A stretch of DNA of 64,000 nt. It comes from Lama glama. Its lineage: Eukaryota. Position 1 is the stretch's first letter. Each line of letters opens with the position of its first letter. Below are positions 11,843 to 25,868 of the stretch, piece after piece. The stretch covers positions 10,418,001-10,482,000 of the forward strand of contig CM052816.1 of the NCBI GenBank assembly GCA_028534125.1, given 5' to 3'. Position numbers and translations under genes: made by a program. Under the pieces are notes generated by a model. It was not told where the DNA came from, did no database searches, and worked only from the letters and a program-made list of their open reading frames with translations.

Positions 11843-14800
11843 GGCATGGAGGAAAGGCAGCACATGGCCCCTCACCATGGACATGCAATAGGAATGGGGT
11901 GGAATAAATTCAAAAGATGCTGAAGACATAATCCGCAGCATCCTTTACCTTCCACACCCACCCAAGGATCATGTGTATATTCTGTCCTCATTCATTGGTT
12001 CAGTCACTGATTTATTCAGCAACCACTCTGGATTAGACTATGTGCTGGGAATTGGAACACGAGTGAGAAGTACTTTTCATCCAGCAGGGCTTCAATGTAG
12101 GAGGGAGAGACAGCCTTTTATAAAGGATGTTGTGATCCAGGAGCTACCATTAGAAGTATGATCAGGACCACTGTGAAGATGCACCGAGTGTGAGTGACAT
12201 GTGTGTGTGTCTCAGGATACACACATTAACTGCTTGTTTTCTTCATAGTACATGCTGCAGAATTTACATGCCTTTTTTGGTCTAAGTGTTGAAATGTTTG
12301 CTTGATCCCCTTTCCCATTATATTATCAACTCTGGATGACAAGGAAGTGGTCTGTCCTTTCACCACTGAAGGTCAACACTGAGGACACTGTCTGGCAAAC
12401 AGGTACATGAGACATGAGAAACAGCGTTTGAATGGATTCTTATGATAGAAGCATTATCCCTACTTTTTTCTTCACCATCAAGATGCTGATTTCTAGAAGA
12501 ATGATAAAAACTCCTGGCAAGTAGCTACTTCGGTCCAAGAAGAGATGTGTGAAAACTAATTCCTTTGTGTATTTTACAGAGGCTCTGAGATGGACCCGGG
12601 TGTCAGTTACTGGTTTCTACGATTATAGCAAAGAAGACAAAGGTGATGAATAAAAATATCGTCCTACTGGTTTTTTTTTTTGACAATCATACATTTTCTT
12701 TTATTCCTACTTCAATATATCTGTAATCAGCAGGAGGTTAACTTTTGCAACTCGCTCTGCTGTGCTGCAATTATTTACACCAGTTGCCTAATTAGATTTT
12801 TTTCTTATTCCTGTAGGAATTTAGAAAGCAGTGAGTTAAGGCTTCATTAGAGTAGGGTAATTCTTAGAAGGAGAGAAAAGCAATCAAACATCCACTCAAA
12901 TGGTATTTTGACCCAAGATGACTCTAGTATTTAAGTTTCCCAAACAATTCATCTCATTAGCTTAAATTCATCAGTGAGTCTTTAACATCGGACGAGGAAT
13001 GAGTACAAATTTGTCTTTGGACTGTAGTAATTAACTTTCCACCACATTATTCACTGGAGAGACTTGCAATCAGCACAGAGTACTTGTCCCACAGGAAGAA
13101 TTGTAATGTGTTTAATTTTCCTTATTTTTTTAAAAATAAAAGGAAATAATCACTGTATCCCTATTTTAAAATCTTCCTTCACTGATTGAATGTAAGCAAA
13201 GGGGAACATTAAACTAGAAACTGGCCATAATTTAGAAAATAAAGATGATTTTCAAGCTGTACTCACAGAAAAATGTTTGACTTCTTGTCTAATAAGAAAA
13301 ATGTCTAATTACACAATTCAGAATGAATGGTTACTGTGCAATCCTGTATCTTTTCACAACTATAGAAAAGAAAGATTCTAAAATTGAGGAAAATAACCTA
13401 AATAGTCAACATATTTAGGAAATTACCAAAAAAATTCAGGTCTGTGGATTAAAAAATTTCACAAACAAAATAAAACAAAGCCCCCTTTATGTCTCACTTA
13501 AAATTTATGGCAGAAATAGGATTTACGGTGTTTAAAAAATAAATAACTAAGCTAGACCTTGATGGCACGAAAGTCAACGTGAACAAAAAATTAAAAATCA
13601 AAGCCCATTCTGTGTAACCACAGGGAGACAAATGAATACTTTCATTCAGAGTACAGTTCCTCTTAAATGGACTAAACGCTCCTTCCTGCTTTGGTTATTA
13701 AAATCCCTTTTAAACACTCTGAGCTCTCAAGACACTTTGTTTTGTTACCCCAGACCATCTTCTCTTCTGAAGTACTTTAGTCTTTCTCACTCAATTCAGC
13801 TTCTAGTTGTAGGCTCTTCTGTCGTCTCTTGGTCCTGTGTACGTTGTTATCCCTTGTGCAGCCTGACAGTGGGTACCACGCACTCCTCAGGGCCACAGCC
13901 TTGCTGAACATCAGCAGCGTGGAGACTGGCTAGAGCTCTGCATTTCCTTCACGTGATGCCTCACCTGCATGTTAGCCAAGTTACTTGCTGAACCGAAGTT
14001 TCATCCGATGTGAAATGGGGACAATCACACCATCAACCTCCTGGAGTTGTGCACAGACCAAGTGAAATAATTCACCACAAGTGCTCATGAGCAGAGTGCC
14101 TGGTGCCCAGGAGGGCCTCAGGAATGACCGACCATCACTGCTCCTGCTCCACGGATAATCTGGAGCCTTCTACCGTGTCCAGAGACAAAAATGTTATTTG
14201 AAGACTGAAATTAGAAAGTCACATATTTTATATCTGCACTTTTAGGAAGATGGTCTTTCCTTGCCTGAGGAATCTACTCTACTTAGTTGATTCTTTTTTG
14301 TTTTCAATCATATTTTAATACCTTGGAACTCAGGATGTGTCTGACAAGCCAGTCTTCTAAGTAGCTGAAAAATGTTTTGTTTTGTTATCTTAGATTCCAT
14401 CAAACACAGCGTGAATTTTGCAGATTCTTTTGAAGAAAGAGATTTAGGAAGAGCATGACAAGATTCAGAAGCCTCCACCTCTTCTTCTGTGCTTTTAACT
14501 CTGCCCCAGGAGACCCAGCCTCATACCACCACCATGATGATCCTTTAGGTGCTGCAGACAGAGGGACACTGCTTATTTCAGCTTGTACTTGTTTTTTTAA
14601 GCTATTTGATATCATTTCAGTTTGAAATCACTTCATACTGATATGTGATACTCCAAAGGCGGGAAGTCCTGCTTATTAGAGCTCTTTCACAATTAAGGCA
14701 CCTGCTTGGTCACTACTGTCTTCAAAAGCCCTAATAAGATTGATGTATGTCCTGATTTCCCCAAAACATTTATGAGTTTTGCCTTGTTGTCCCAGCATAA

Positions 14801-15523
14801 TTATCAACAGCAACTCCTTTCATTCTTAGGAGTACCCTGGTTGGGGTGATAAATGATATGATTACCCAGTGTGAAGACCAAGGTAGGTCTAAAATGTATG
14901 GCTTTAATGCCCTGTATTTTAATTTTGTCTTTGCTGTTTGTAAACCTGGGCTTTTAGTCAATTAGTCATCCATGTGATTCAGGCAGTGTTCACTCCCTCA
15001 GATTTTTGCCTCATACTGGTTATACAGTCAGAAGTCAAACATACGTGGCCCTAATTCATGGAGAGCTTAGGAGAGCACACAGACATTAGGTAATTACACT
15101 CCAAAACATCATAACTCCTCAGGAGAGGTACAAGATGCTATGATTGCCTGTTAAAGCCCATAGGGAGGCAAGGTGGGACATACAGGCAGTAAAAATACAT
15201 CTGGATTGTTCTGTGATCCTAAGAGGATGCCATCTCATTTTAACACAGCATTCGTAACATCACCGTTTGTTTGCCTCCCACTCAACTGCCATGGTGAGGA
15301 GACATGTCAGTATGAGGAGGCCCTCTGAAGATGGGCACTATGGAATACTGTGAGTGGGTACAAGGCGAGGAGCAGACGCTTAATCCTTGGTTTCTCACTG
15401 AAGTGGCAAAACCAGGATGGGAGCAAAAAACAGCAAGGGGGAGAAGGACAGAACAATGGCATTTGGTATTATTAAGTTCCTGGAGGGTGAAAACTGTATC
15501 CAGTTTTCTATTTTGTTTTTTTT

Positions 15524-15545
15524 TGTTGTTGTTGTTGTTGTTGTT
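15524..15545. repeat. (GTT)n microsatellite
   Basis: Seen directly. Confidence 0.9.
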
Positions 15546-17261
15546 TTTCTGCCTTCTTGGAGCATGGTTCTAAGACACGGCAGAAATGCTAACAGCATCT
15601 TAACTTGTGATAACAGAGAAAATGAAGCTCAGAGAAAGAAGGCTCAGAACTCAGATTCAAACAGAAACAGGGGAAAATTTAAAGGTGCCCTCAGGCCATT
15701 CTGGCTTCTCATAGTCCCTGACTCCTTCTTCCTGACAGGCTCAACACCAGCAACCCGAACAGACTGGTTTGACAATGTCGGGGAGGATGGGGGTGAGCAT
15801 GAAGACTTTGAGGGGACTGTGTAGGCTACAAATATGAAAAGTTTCTCCCCTGAAAGAACTCGGGGGACCAGAAAGACAAGATGGGAGAAAAATCTCTTTA
15901 TCAACGGGATTCCCAGTTATTGACAAAACACTAGGTGTGTAAATTTACTTCCAAGATCATATGTGATGAACTAGTCTGCTTTCCATTTATCCACTGCCTG
16001 AAGATGACATTTCCAATACAAATAAGCCCTTCCAAAGGTAGGAAATTAAATAATAATTACGGAAGTGCATAGCGCCAAGGCCAAAAGTGGGGGGGAAAAG
16101 AAAGAATGGCTCCATACAACCTGCACAGAGAATCTATAAAGTATGGTGCTAAATCTTCAACCACAGGCTCTGTACTAGTCCTGATAAATTCCAGAAAAAT
16201 GTCACTAGTGGTGGGTAAATATTTTATCTAGCTAAATTTTTACGAAAGGAGACATAATCAAACTTAAAAACTCAGTAAATTCTTCAAGGATTAGAAATGA
16301 CAGTGGCAGAGTCACACGTGTTGATTGTTCATCTAGTGTATCGTTAATTCGTGTACATATCTCATATCTGTACAGGGTAGTCTAGTAGACAGAGCTCTGA
16401 CTTTAGGATTGGAGAGACTAAATCCTTGGCAAATCTTTGAGCCTCAGTTTTCTCATCTGTATAATGGGGATATTATAATGAAATGTGGAGTCTTCCTTGA
16501 GTTTTGAGAATTTAATAAGATAATATATGAGAGTACCTAGCAGTGCCTGGTATATATATAGAGAAAACCAGGTAAAGGATAGCTGCTTTGATGGTGATTA
16601 GGTTTGAAATTCTTATAAATAACCTAGATGATAATTTCATGTCTCCAAATCACAGTTACCACATATTTAATACTAGTCTAACTATACCTGCTCTGATCAC
16701 TGACCACTTACTGTAGAGGTCAAGTGAGATATTATATAGGAAATCGCCATCAAAACTACCAATGTCTTCATAAATGTAAAGTATTAGCCTTTTCTCTCTA
16801 ATGTCTGTCTAGGTTTAGAGCTACTATTGTTGTTTGTTTGTCTTTTACCCAAAGGCCCCTAGTGAAGGAGACACACTGCTTCTGCTGACTTCTGTCTGCA
16901 GCCCACACACTACAGGGACTTGATGTAGAGTGGGTAACAGACAGATGTCAGGACTCACATTTTCTCCCCTAAGAATTTTGTTCCTTTCCATTCTATTTCT
17001 TTCCCTCCAAGTACTTCCTCCATTTCTTTTAAAATTAATTCATTTAATATTTATTAAGTTCCTATATGGCCCCCTTTCTTCTCTTTGTCAAGGCTTAGTT
17101 ATAAGACGGTACCAACGCTCATTGATTCTGGTCTTGTTGTTTTGCAGCTGTGATCTTGGGCAAATTAAACTCAATATACTCAATTGTTTTTTTTTCAAAT
17201 ATGCAAAGTGGGGATAGTAAACCTACCGTAAGGAACTACTGTAAGAATTAAGTGAAGATTA

Positions 17262-17540
<279 letters not shown>

Positions 17541-19220
17541 TTAGAAATGAAAGTGGGTTAAGTACATTTACACACTAAAGAGTCCTAGAGGCAAATGACA
17601 CCTTACAGATCAGGGCAGAGCATCCCTGAGCTAAGAGGTCAGGCTTTGGGAGTACTGATCATCACGAGGTGTAGACCCTCAGTTTCCATGTGTGTAAAAT
17701 GGGAATGATAACAATATCTTTCTTCCACACTGGATCACAGTAAAGATGAAACATGATGAGTATTATATTTAATGTTATTCCTGGCACAGAGCAAGCACTC
17801 GTTAACAGAGTTTGCAAAGCTATAAAGCCCAGGAACTAAAACCCCATTTACTCACTTATCATTCATGAGCCTATCCTAACTGTACTGTTGCAGGAGGTCT
17901 GTAAACTATGAATTATGAGGCCTCCCTGAACCATCTCATGCATATTTTCCCATACTAACAACTTCACTGTGCAGCAAGATTATAACAAACCATGACCCAA
18001 ATTAATGATAAGAAGAGGATGTGAAAAGGGCAATGAAGAAGTAGATGGACAGTAAAAGGAAGGATTGCACCCAGTCTTTGGGATGAGGATGTGAGGGAAA
18101 GCTTTTTAGCAGAGGAGAAACCTGAGTTAAATTGTGAAAGATGGTGACAATAATCGTAACTACAAAATGAAGGTGACATTGCTGACTTTTCCCTTGAGTG
18201 ACTCCCCCGGGCAGGCTCTACACTGTCCAAGGGGACCACAGCCCACCCCACAATACTGCTCTTACGCTCCCGTTTTTACAAACGAGGAAATCAAAGCCCA
18301 GTGAAGTTTAAGTCATTTGTACAAGATCAGACACCTCACCAACGGTAGAGGTGAAGGGTTCTCCAGGTCCAAAAGCAAGATCCAAAAGAGGGAAACAGCA
18401 TGGATTTTGCACAGGTGTGAGAAAGAACATAGTCTGGGCTCACTGGAATCACAGGTGTGATGGGAAAGCTTGAGGCTGGAGAGGAAGACTGAGGGAAGAT
18501 CCCATGACAGGAACTTGTTCACGAGTCTGCAGATGTTGGAGAGACACGGCAGAGCTTTCAGCAGGACATATGCTCAGATTTGGGCTTCACACTTGAAGGA
18601 GCATGGGCTGGAGGGGTGGGAGGAGGAAATGAGATCCAGGTGGGCAGAACTGGTCTCTGTTGTTTGCAAAGAGCCTCCTTTAAAAATGTGTTCCTCTTAC
18701 AATGATTTGTTTTCCTCAAAGCACCAGCATGATTTCTGGTCACAATAAGGCTCTCTGTATCAACACTGTTTTTGACGTATTTCTTTCTACATCACGTCAC
18801 TGAGGTCACACATTGAAGTTTTATTTGAATCAAAAAATTAACAGCCTGCAAAGCAGTGGCCAGGTATGCAAACCAATTCCTAGGGACCAGTTCTTTGCTT
18901 AGGAAACAAATGTAGACTATCGATGGGAGAACTGTACTTAGTACATTTTCTTCTTTATAGCGATCACTGTGCTAGGTAGAGGAGGAGAGGACTTGGAAAC
19001 AAAAGAAGAGAAAGCCAATGAAGCATTAATCTGAAGCAGTAACATTCTAAGGAAGACTAGGTCCTTGCTGTCTGCTTGTTCAATAAATGAAGTTTTGTTT
19101 ACCAGTGAAGACTGATTCATACAGAAGATACCAGAAATTACGTCCCTGGTGGGAATTTAGACAGAAACACAGGAAGTGCTTTGTAAAAATGTGAGAAGAG
19201 CATCTTTGGTACTGTCTTTT

Positions 19221-19303
19221 TTTTTTTTAATTGAAGTATAGTCAGTTACAATGTGTCAGTTTCTGGTGTACAGCACAATGTTTCAGTCATATATGTACAT
19301 ACT
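19221..19303 (-). mobile_element. Highly 5'-truncated young L1 (3' tip plus poly-A)
   Basis: Poly-T followed by aattgaagtatagtcagttacaatgtgtcagtttctggtgtacagcacaatg; TSD gtactgtctttt (19209-19220) / gtattgtctttt (19304-19315). Confidence 0.85.
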
Positions 19304-19871
19304 GTATTGTCTTTTAGGAACTGAGATTCTGGGACTGGCTGATCATCTCTGTCATAGGTTTAAGGGGTACCAGGATAGATGCCTGGACCTGGGCTCTTTG
19401 GTTCACAGTCCTCCCAGCTGCACCACTACACGTTATACCTGTTGGGTTTTACAGGTCTTTCAGGAAGCAACAATGTGCTAATTAATATGTAATGCTGTCT
19501 GGGATCTATTGCACCACAGGCTGCCCTTAGCTAATAGAAACAATGATGACTCATGGAATGTGAAATGGGTCTCGTTGAGATAGCTGGCAAATGAGATGGG
19601 TGAGGACTGGGTACCGAAAGACGAGAGGATAGAGTACTAACCATAAACATAATTCTGTGCCATTGGAAACAGTGTAGGCAGACTGGGGTAGCATACAGAG
19701 CAGTGATCGGCTGCATTCAGCTCCCCACTGGAGGCAGGGTGGAGGTCAGGAACGTGGCGAAAGACCAGAGGACTCCTCTTCCATTACTTTGAACTCTTAA
19801 GTAGGGGACAGTGTTCTTATTAAATTCATCCTGAACGGACAGACATTTTTATTGTGGCTTGGGCTAAGCTG

Positions 19872-20743
19872 TTTTTTTTTTTTTAATTGAAGTATAGTCA
19901 GTTAACAGTGTGTCAATTCCTGGTGTACAGCACAATGTCCCAGTCATGCATATACATACATATATTTGTTTTCACATTCTTTTACATTAAAGCTTATTAC
20001 AAGATATTGAATATAATTCCCTGTGCTATACAGAAGAAACTTGTTTCTTTTTTTAATCTATTTTGATATATAGTGGCTAACATGTAAATCTCAAACTCCC
20101 AAATTTATCCCTTCCCACCTCTTTCCCCCGGTAACCATAAGATTGTTTGCTATGTCTGCGAGTCTCTTTCTGTTTTGTAGATAAGTTCATTAGTGTCCTC
20201 TTCTTTTCTTTTTTTAGATTCCCACATATGAGTGATATCATATGGTATTTTTCTTTCTCTTTCTTAGAATGACTATCTCCAGGTCCATCCATGTTGCTAC
20301 AAATGGCATTATTTTATTCTTTTTTATGGGAATGGTAGTATTCCATTGTATAAACATATCACAGCTTCTTTATCCAGTCATCTGTTGATGGACATTTAGG
20401 TTGCTTCCATGTCTTGGCTATGGTAAATTGTGCTCCTATGAACATTGGGGTGTTCCCTCTGGGTATATGCCCAGGAGTGGGATTGCTGGATCATATGGTA
20501 AGGCTATGTTTAGTCTTTTGAGGAATCTCCATACTGTTTTCCATAATGGCTGCACCAAACTACATTCCCACCAGCAGTGTAGGAGGGTTCCCTTTTCTCC
20601 ACACCCTCTCGAGCATTTATCATTTATGGACTTTTTAATGATGGCAATTCTGACTGGTGTGAGGCGATCCCTCATTATAGTTTTGATTTGCATTTCTTTG
20701 ATCATTAGCGATATTGAGCATTTTTTCATGTACCTTTTGGCCA
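19872..20743 (-). mobile_element. Young 5'-truncated L1 (ORF2 C-terminus plus 3' UTR)
   Basis: ORF 20436..20744 reads ...[49 protein letters not shown]; poly-T; perfect TSD ttgggctaagct at 19859-19870 and 20744-20755. Confidence 0.95.
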
Positions 20744-22118
20744 TTGGGCTAAGCTATTTTTATTCCAAGAACAGACTGGTAAAGTCTGCCAAGTTAATGA
20801 CAATGACAGTGTTCGACCATGCGGGGGATTATTAATCAAAGAAAGAAGAAGCCCAGGCAAGAGGCAGCATGCTTCCCTTGCCCAGTATGATTAGACATTT
20901 ATTTCACCCTGGAGCCAGGTTTGGCTGTTACAAATCATCCTTCTCTTTCAGCACATCAGATCAGAAGCCCTCTATTACAGATCCTATCCTCTCGGAGGGA
21001 GAGAAGATAAGTATTTTATTTCCAGACCTATATCCAGTAAAATATGTGGGCATCATACCGTTTGGTGATAACTAGGATATGAAGGTTCATAATCTGATTT
21101 TTTAAAAATAAAAAAGTAAGAGCTTCCCTAAACCTTGGCCATTTTGCATTTCCATTGCTTTTTTTTTTGTGATACTCTATCATGGCTTATTTATTTCTTC
21201 ATTGACAGCTCCAAAATTATTAAGTCTGGTCCCAGTGCATGTGAAATGCATTGTAAAGTCTGCTCAGTAAGAGAAGATAAAAGTAACAGACAACCACCAC
21301 CCTACCCACCCCCATTCCATCCTGTTTGACCCAGACTATTGCCACAGACTATTCATAGCTCTCTCTGTGTAATCTTGGACCCTTCCAGTCCGTTCTACAC
21401 ACCAGGCATCTACAATGTGATTTTTATGTTTTCCAGCCTCATAAAAACCCTACACCTTTTTCCATGGTCTGCAGGACCCTGTGTGGTCTGGCCCAGTTTA
21501 TTTTTCCAGACTTAGCTTGAAGATCTTTTCTTTCCATTTCTCAACTAGTAGTTCATGCCTCCTCCAGCCCTAGAAGATTGTGATGTGTATGGTGTGACCT
21601 GGGCCTGCACTCACAATGCTGTCTGCTTATTTTCTATTCAGCTTTCAGTCTCAGCCCAAGCGGCACTTCTCACAGAGACATTTCTAACACCCCATAGCGA
21701 ATTAGGCCTCTCTGTTACACACCACGCCATATTCCTGTCCACACAGCTTAACAGAATTTGAAAGTGTTTTCCTTTTGGATAATATTTTCCTGTGGATTAA
21801 CTGCTTTCCTTCCCACTCTGGCATCAGGATGCATGCCTGGTTTTACTCATCCTTGACTACCTGGATGCTGTAGACTCTACAAATAGTCATAGAAAAAGTG
21901 ACAAATTCCTGAATGAACTAAAGAAAGGAAAGAGAAAGAGCAAGATGAAAACTGAAGTTTGGGTGGTCTGGTAGCCATTCCTTACGTTCTATTTTTAGAA
22001 ATTAACATGATTACCAAATCAGTTCCGAGAAGTCACTCACCAGCTTAAAACTGTCTCATGAAGGCCACCCTGAGATAAATCTAAATCTGAGCGGAAGAGA
22101 TCTAACATAATTTCCCAT

Positions 22119-22360
22119 GAGTGTTTTCCAAAGTGTGGCTCATAACCCACCAACGTGTTGTGAAATCACCTTGCTTGGTTCCGACAAGCACTATTTTTGA
22201 AGAAATCAGATAGACTGAATAACAGAATAAATGCTATTAACATGGAAAGTTAAACATTGTTTTTGTGAGTATGAAGTGTGTTTCTGTGAATATATCTACT
22301 GGGTTGTGATTAGAAGTACATTTCTTCCTGTGGGTGACATGACATTAGGGGAACCTGCTG
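22119..22360 (+). mobile_element. hAT-Charlie MITE (Charlie4z-like)
   Basis: agtgttttccaaagtgtggctcataaccca...tactgggttgtgat...atttcttcctgtgggt; a related copy lies at 45058-45303. Confidence 0.5.
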
Positions 22361-23236
22361 CCTATTCCAGAACTACTGTGTCAAATCCTCATTCAGACTT
22401 GACCTCAACAAGGGTCAGTTCTGATGTCTCCATCTAGCAAAGCACAGGAAGTGCATGGTGAGATTATTTATCACTTCTAAAAGCTCTCAGAATTTGGAGA
22501 AAAAGACACTGATTCATTAAAGGTGGAATCACTTTAAAAACATACTTAAGTAAAATACAAATGGAAAATGCATAGGCTTCAGATAAACCTGGGTTTAAAT
22601 TATCACATGTGAATTTTGAGCAAGTCCCTTAAAGGAAACTGAAACTCAGAGAAGATATTTGTACATTGGAAATAGTTTAATGCACCATGAGGCAAAGGGT
22701 AAATTAAATATCATGTTTGCAAAGTAATTAACACAAGGCATGGCACTACAGCATAGTGGTCAGGAGCCTGACTACTTGTGTTCAAATCCCAACTCTGCCC
22801 GTTAATGTCTTCATAACATATATGCCCTCAGCATACCCACCTATAATGGTACATACCTCCTAGGGCTGTTGGGAAGATTAAATGAAGTTATCATACATAA
22901 AGTGCTTAAAACACTATGTGGAAGACAGCAAGTAATGGGTGTTAGCTATTATAATTACCTTTCTTCTTCCATCCATGAATGTAATATAGTCCTGGTAGTA
23001 AGCAGATTAATTTATTTTATGTAGTTCTTTCCTATTATTTTATATGAAGTAATTATATGAAGATATTTATTGTCCATGGTATAATCAACACGGTTCCCAT
23101 TAATTGAGCTCTTACTATGTATCAGATACCATGCTAGGTCCTTTATGTGTATTATTGCATTAAATTGTTACTAAAAACCTGTGAGGTAAGTAATATCATT
23201 ATCCTCATTTTTACTGATGATGGGAATTTAGGGTTA

Positions 23237-25868
23237 ATCCTCAAAAAAAAAAATAGCAAACCAAATCCATACGTATTTAAAAAATTATACACCATGACCA
23301 AGTGGGGTTAATATCTGAAAAATCAATTAATCTAGTACATCATATTGATAGAATAAAGGACAAAACATGATTATCTCAGTAGCAAAAGGAAAAACTTTTG
23401 ACAAAATACAACACTTACTCATGATAAAAACTCTTAAACTTGGAATAGAAGGGAGCTTCCTCAGTCTGATAAAGGGTATCTGCAACAAAATCTGCAGTGA
23501 ATATCATACTTTATAGGGAAAGATGAATACTTTCCCTCTAGGGTCAGAAACCAGAACATCTGCTCTCACTTCTATTTAATATAGTGCTGGAGAGCCTAGC
23601 CAGTGGAAGAAAGAAAGGACAAGTGGAAGGAAAGAAGGCCGGAAGGTGTGGCAGGCACACTGGAAAGGAAGAAGTAGAACCTCCTTTAATCACAGACAAC
23701 CTGATTCTGCATATAGAAAATCAAAAAGGATCTACAAAAAACTATTAGAACTAATAAACAAGATAGCAAGGTTGTGGGATATAAGGTTGATATACAAAAA
23801 TCAGTTGTATTTTTCTAATACAAGCAATAAATAATATGGAAATAAAATTAATAATACAATTGCATTCACAAAAGTTTCAAGAATTGTAAATACTTAGGAA
23901 TCAATTTAGCAAAGAAAAGCAAGCCACAGAAAATTACGAAGCTTAGGGAGATTAAAAAAGATCTAAATAACTGGATAAACATTCCATGTTCATAGACTGA
24001 AAGACTCAAATATTGTCAAGATATCAATTATGCCCAAATTTATCAATAGTCAGTGCAATTCGTATTAAATTTCTAGCAGTTTCTTGTTTTTGAATGAATT
24101 GACATGCATCACTTAAAATGATAAAGAAATGCAGAACACCTAGAATAGTCAAAATAATTTTGAAGAAGAAAAAATCAGAGGACTTTCACTTCCCAGCTTC
24201 TAAATGTACTATAAAGCTATAGTTATCAACACAGTTTGGTACTGGCATAAGGAAAGATGTATAGGTCAATGGAACAGAATTAAGAATTCAGAAATATATC
24301 TTTATGTTTATAGTCCATTGATTTTTGACTAAGGTGCCAGGAAAAGACAATTGGTTTAACAAATGGTGCTGGGATGATTAGATATTCCTTCCAAAAATGA
24401 AGAACTTTGACCTCCACACCATACAGAACAATGAACGCAAATGGATCACAGATTTAACAACAAAACTTTTAGAATAAAACATAGGGAAAAATTTTTAAGA
24501 CGTTGGATTAAGCAGAATTTCCCTAGAAACAATACCAAATGCAAGGTCCATTAAAAGATTGAAAAATTAGACTTTATCCAAATTCAAAACCTTTCCACTT
24601 CAAAATACATCATAAGAAAATGAAAAGGCCAAAGCTCTAATCTGTTCTTAGAAACAATAATCAGTTCATATATGCAAACTAAAAAAAAATGTACAGCAAC
24701 TGTACATATGTATTTACATGTGATATAATGTGTATGTGCAGTTGAATTGTAATAATTCTACCTAATCAAACTGAGAAAGAAAAAGAAAGTGAAAAGGCAG
24801 GCAACAGACGAGGAGAAACTATTTGCAAAATATGTAACATATAGGATTATACCCAGAATTTACAAAGGACTACTACAACTTAACAATAAAATAACCCAAA
24901 AAAGTGGACAAAGATACGAAAAGACATTTCACTAAAGAAGATACATGGGAAAAGATGCCCATATCATTAGGCATTAGAGAAATGGAAATGAAAACCACAA
25001 ATGTCACACTCCCCTGAATGGCTATAATACGTGAAACAGACAATAACAAATGTTGGCTCTGGGATGTGGACAAACAGGAACCCTCATAAATCGCTGGTGG
25101 GAGTGAACATGGTGCAGTCACTGTGGAAAACAGTTCATGAGTCTCTCAAAAAGTTAAACATAAAATTACCGTATCACCCAGCAGTGCCGCTCTTAGGTAT
25201 CTACTCAAGAGAAATAAAATCATATTTGCATGCAAAGACTGGTACACAGATATTTCTTGCAGCATTATTTGTAATCACCAAAAACTGGAGACAAGCTAAA
25301 TGTCCATCAACTGGTAAACGGATGGACAAAATGTGGTATATCCATATAGTGACATACTATTCAGCACTAAAAAGGAAGGAATTGTAGCACATGCTACATG
25401 GATGAACTCCATAAACATGCTACATGAGAGAAGCCAGAAGCACTAGATTGCATACTTACAAAACTGTCAGAAAAGGCAAATTTATACTTTATATATATAC
25501 ACACACACATATATATATATTTTATTATATTATTTATTTTTATATTTATTTTATATTTATATTATATATTTATAAGTATTGTATAATATATATTATATAA
25601 AACTATATTAAATATATATGATATATTATATATATATAAATCTACTGTAAATAGATTATCAATTGCCTGGGGCTCAGGATGGGAATGGAGATTAACTAAA
25701 ATGGCACAAGGAATCTTACAGGGAGGATAAAAGTTTCTAAAATTGATTTATAGTGATGATGCACCACTTAGTAAAACTACTTAAAGGGATCACTAAATTG
25801 TACCCTTGAAATGGGTGAATTTTATGATGTGTAAAATACATCTCAATAAAATTATTGCAGAAAAAAGA
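23237..25868 (+). mobile_element. Degenerate L1M element (ORF2 through 3' UTR), about 2.6 kb
   Basis: accatgaccaagtgggg, tttgacaaaatacaacac and aaatggtgctggg; ORF 25031..25387 reads KLPYHPAVPLLGIYSREIK...MWYIH; ends catctcaataaaatt. Confidence 0.9.
25488..25640. repeat. AT-rich (TA)n low-complexity tract inside the L1
   Basis: Seen directly. Confidence 0.9.

Noticed and set aside
12560..12840. Plus-strand acceptor/donor-like sites suggesting antisense exons
   Set aside because: Such motifs are common by chance and no transcript evidence is available.
15331..15926. Cluster of overlapping ORFs with poly-V/T/L runs
   Set aside because: Driven by the (GTT)n repeat; no recognisable domain.
20401..20835. 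144-aa plus-strand ORF, and similar ORFs at 45503-45861
   Set aside because: Antisense frames of L1 ORF2.
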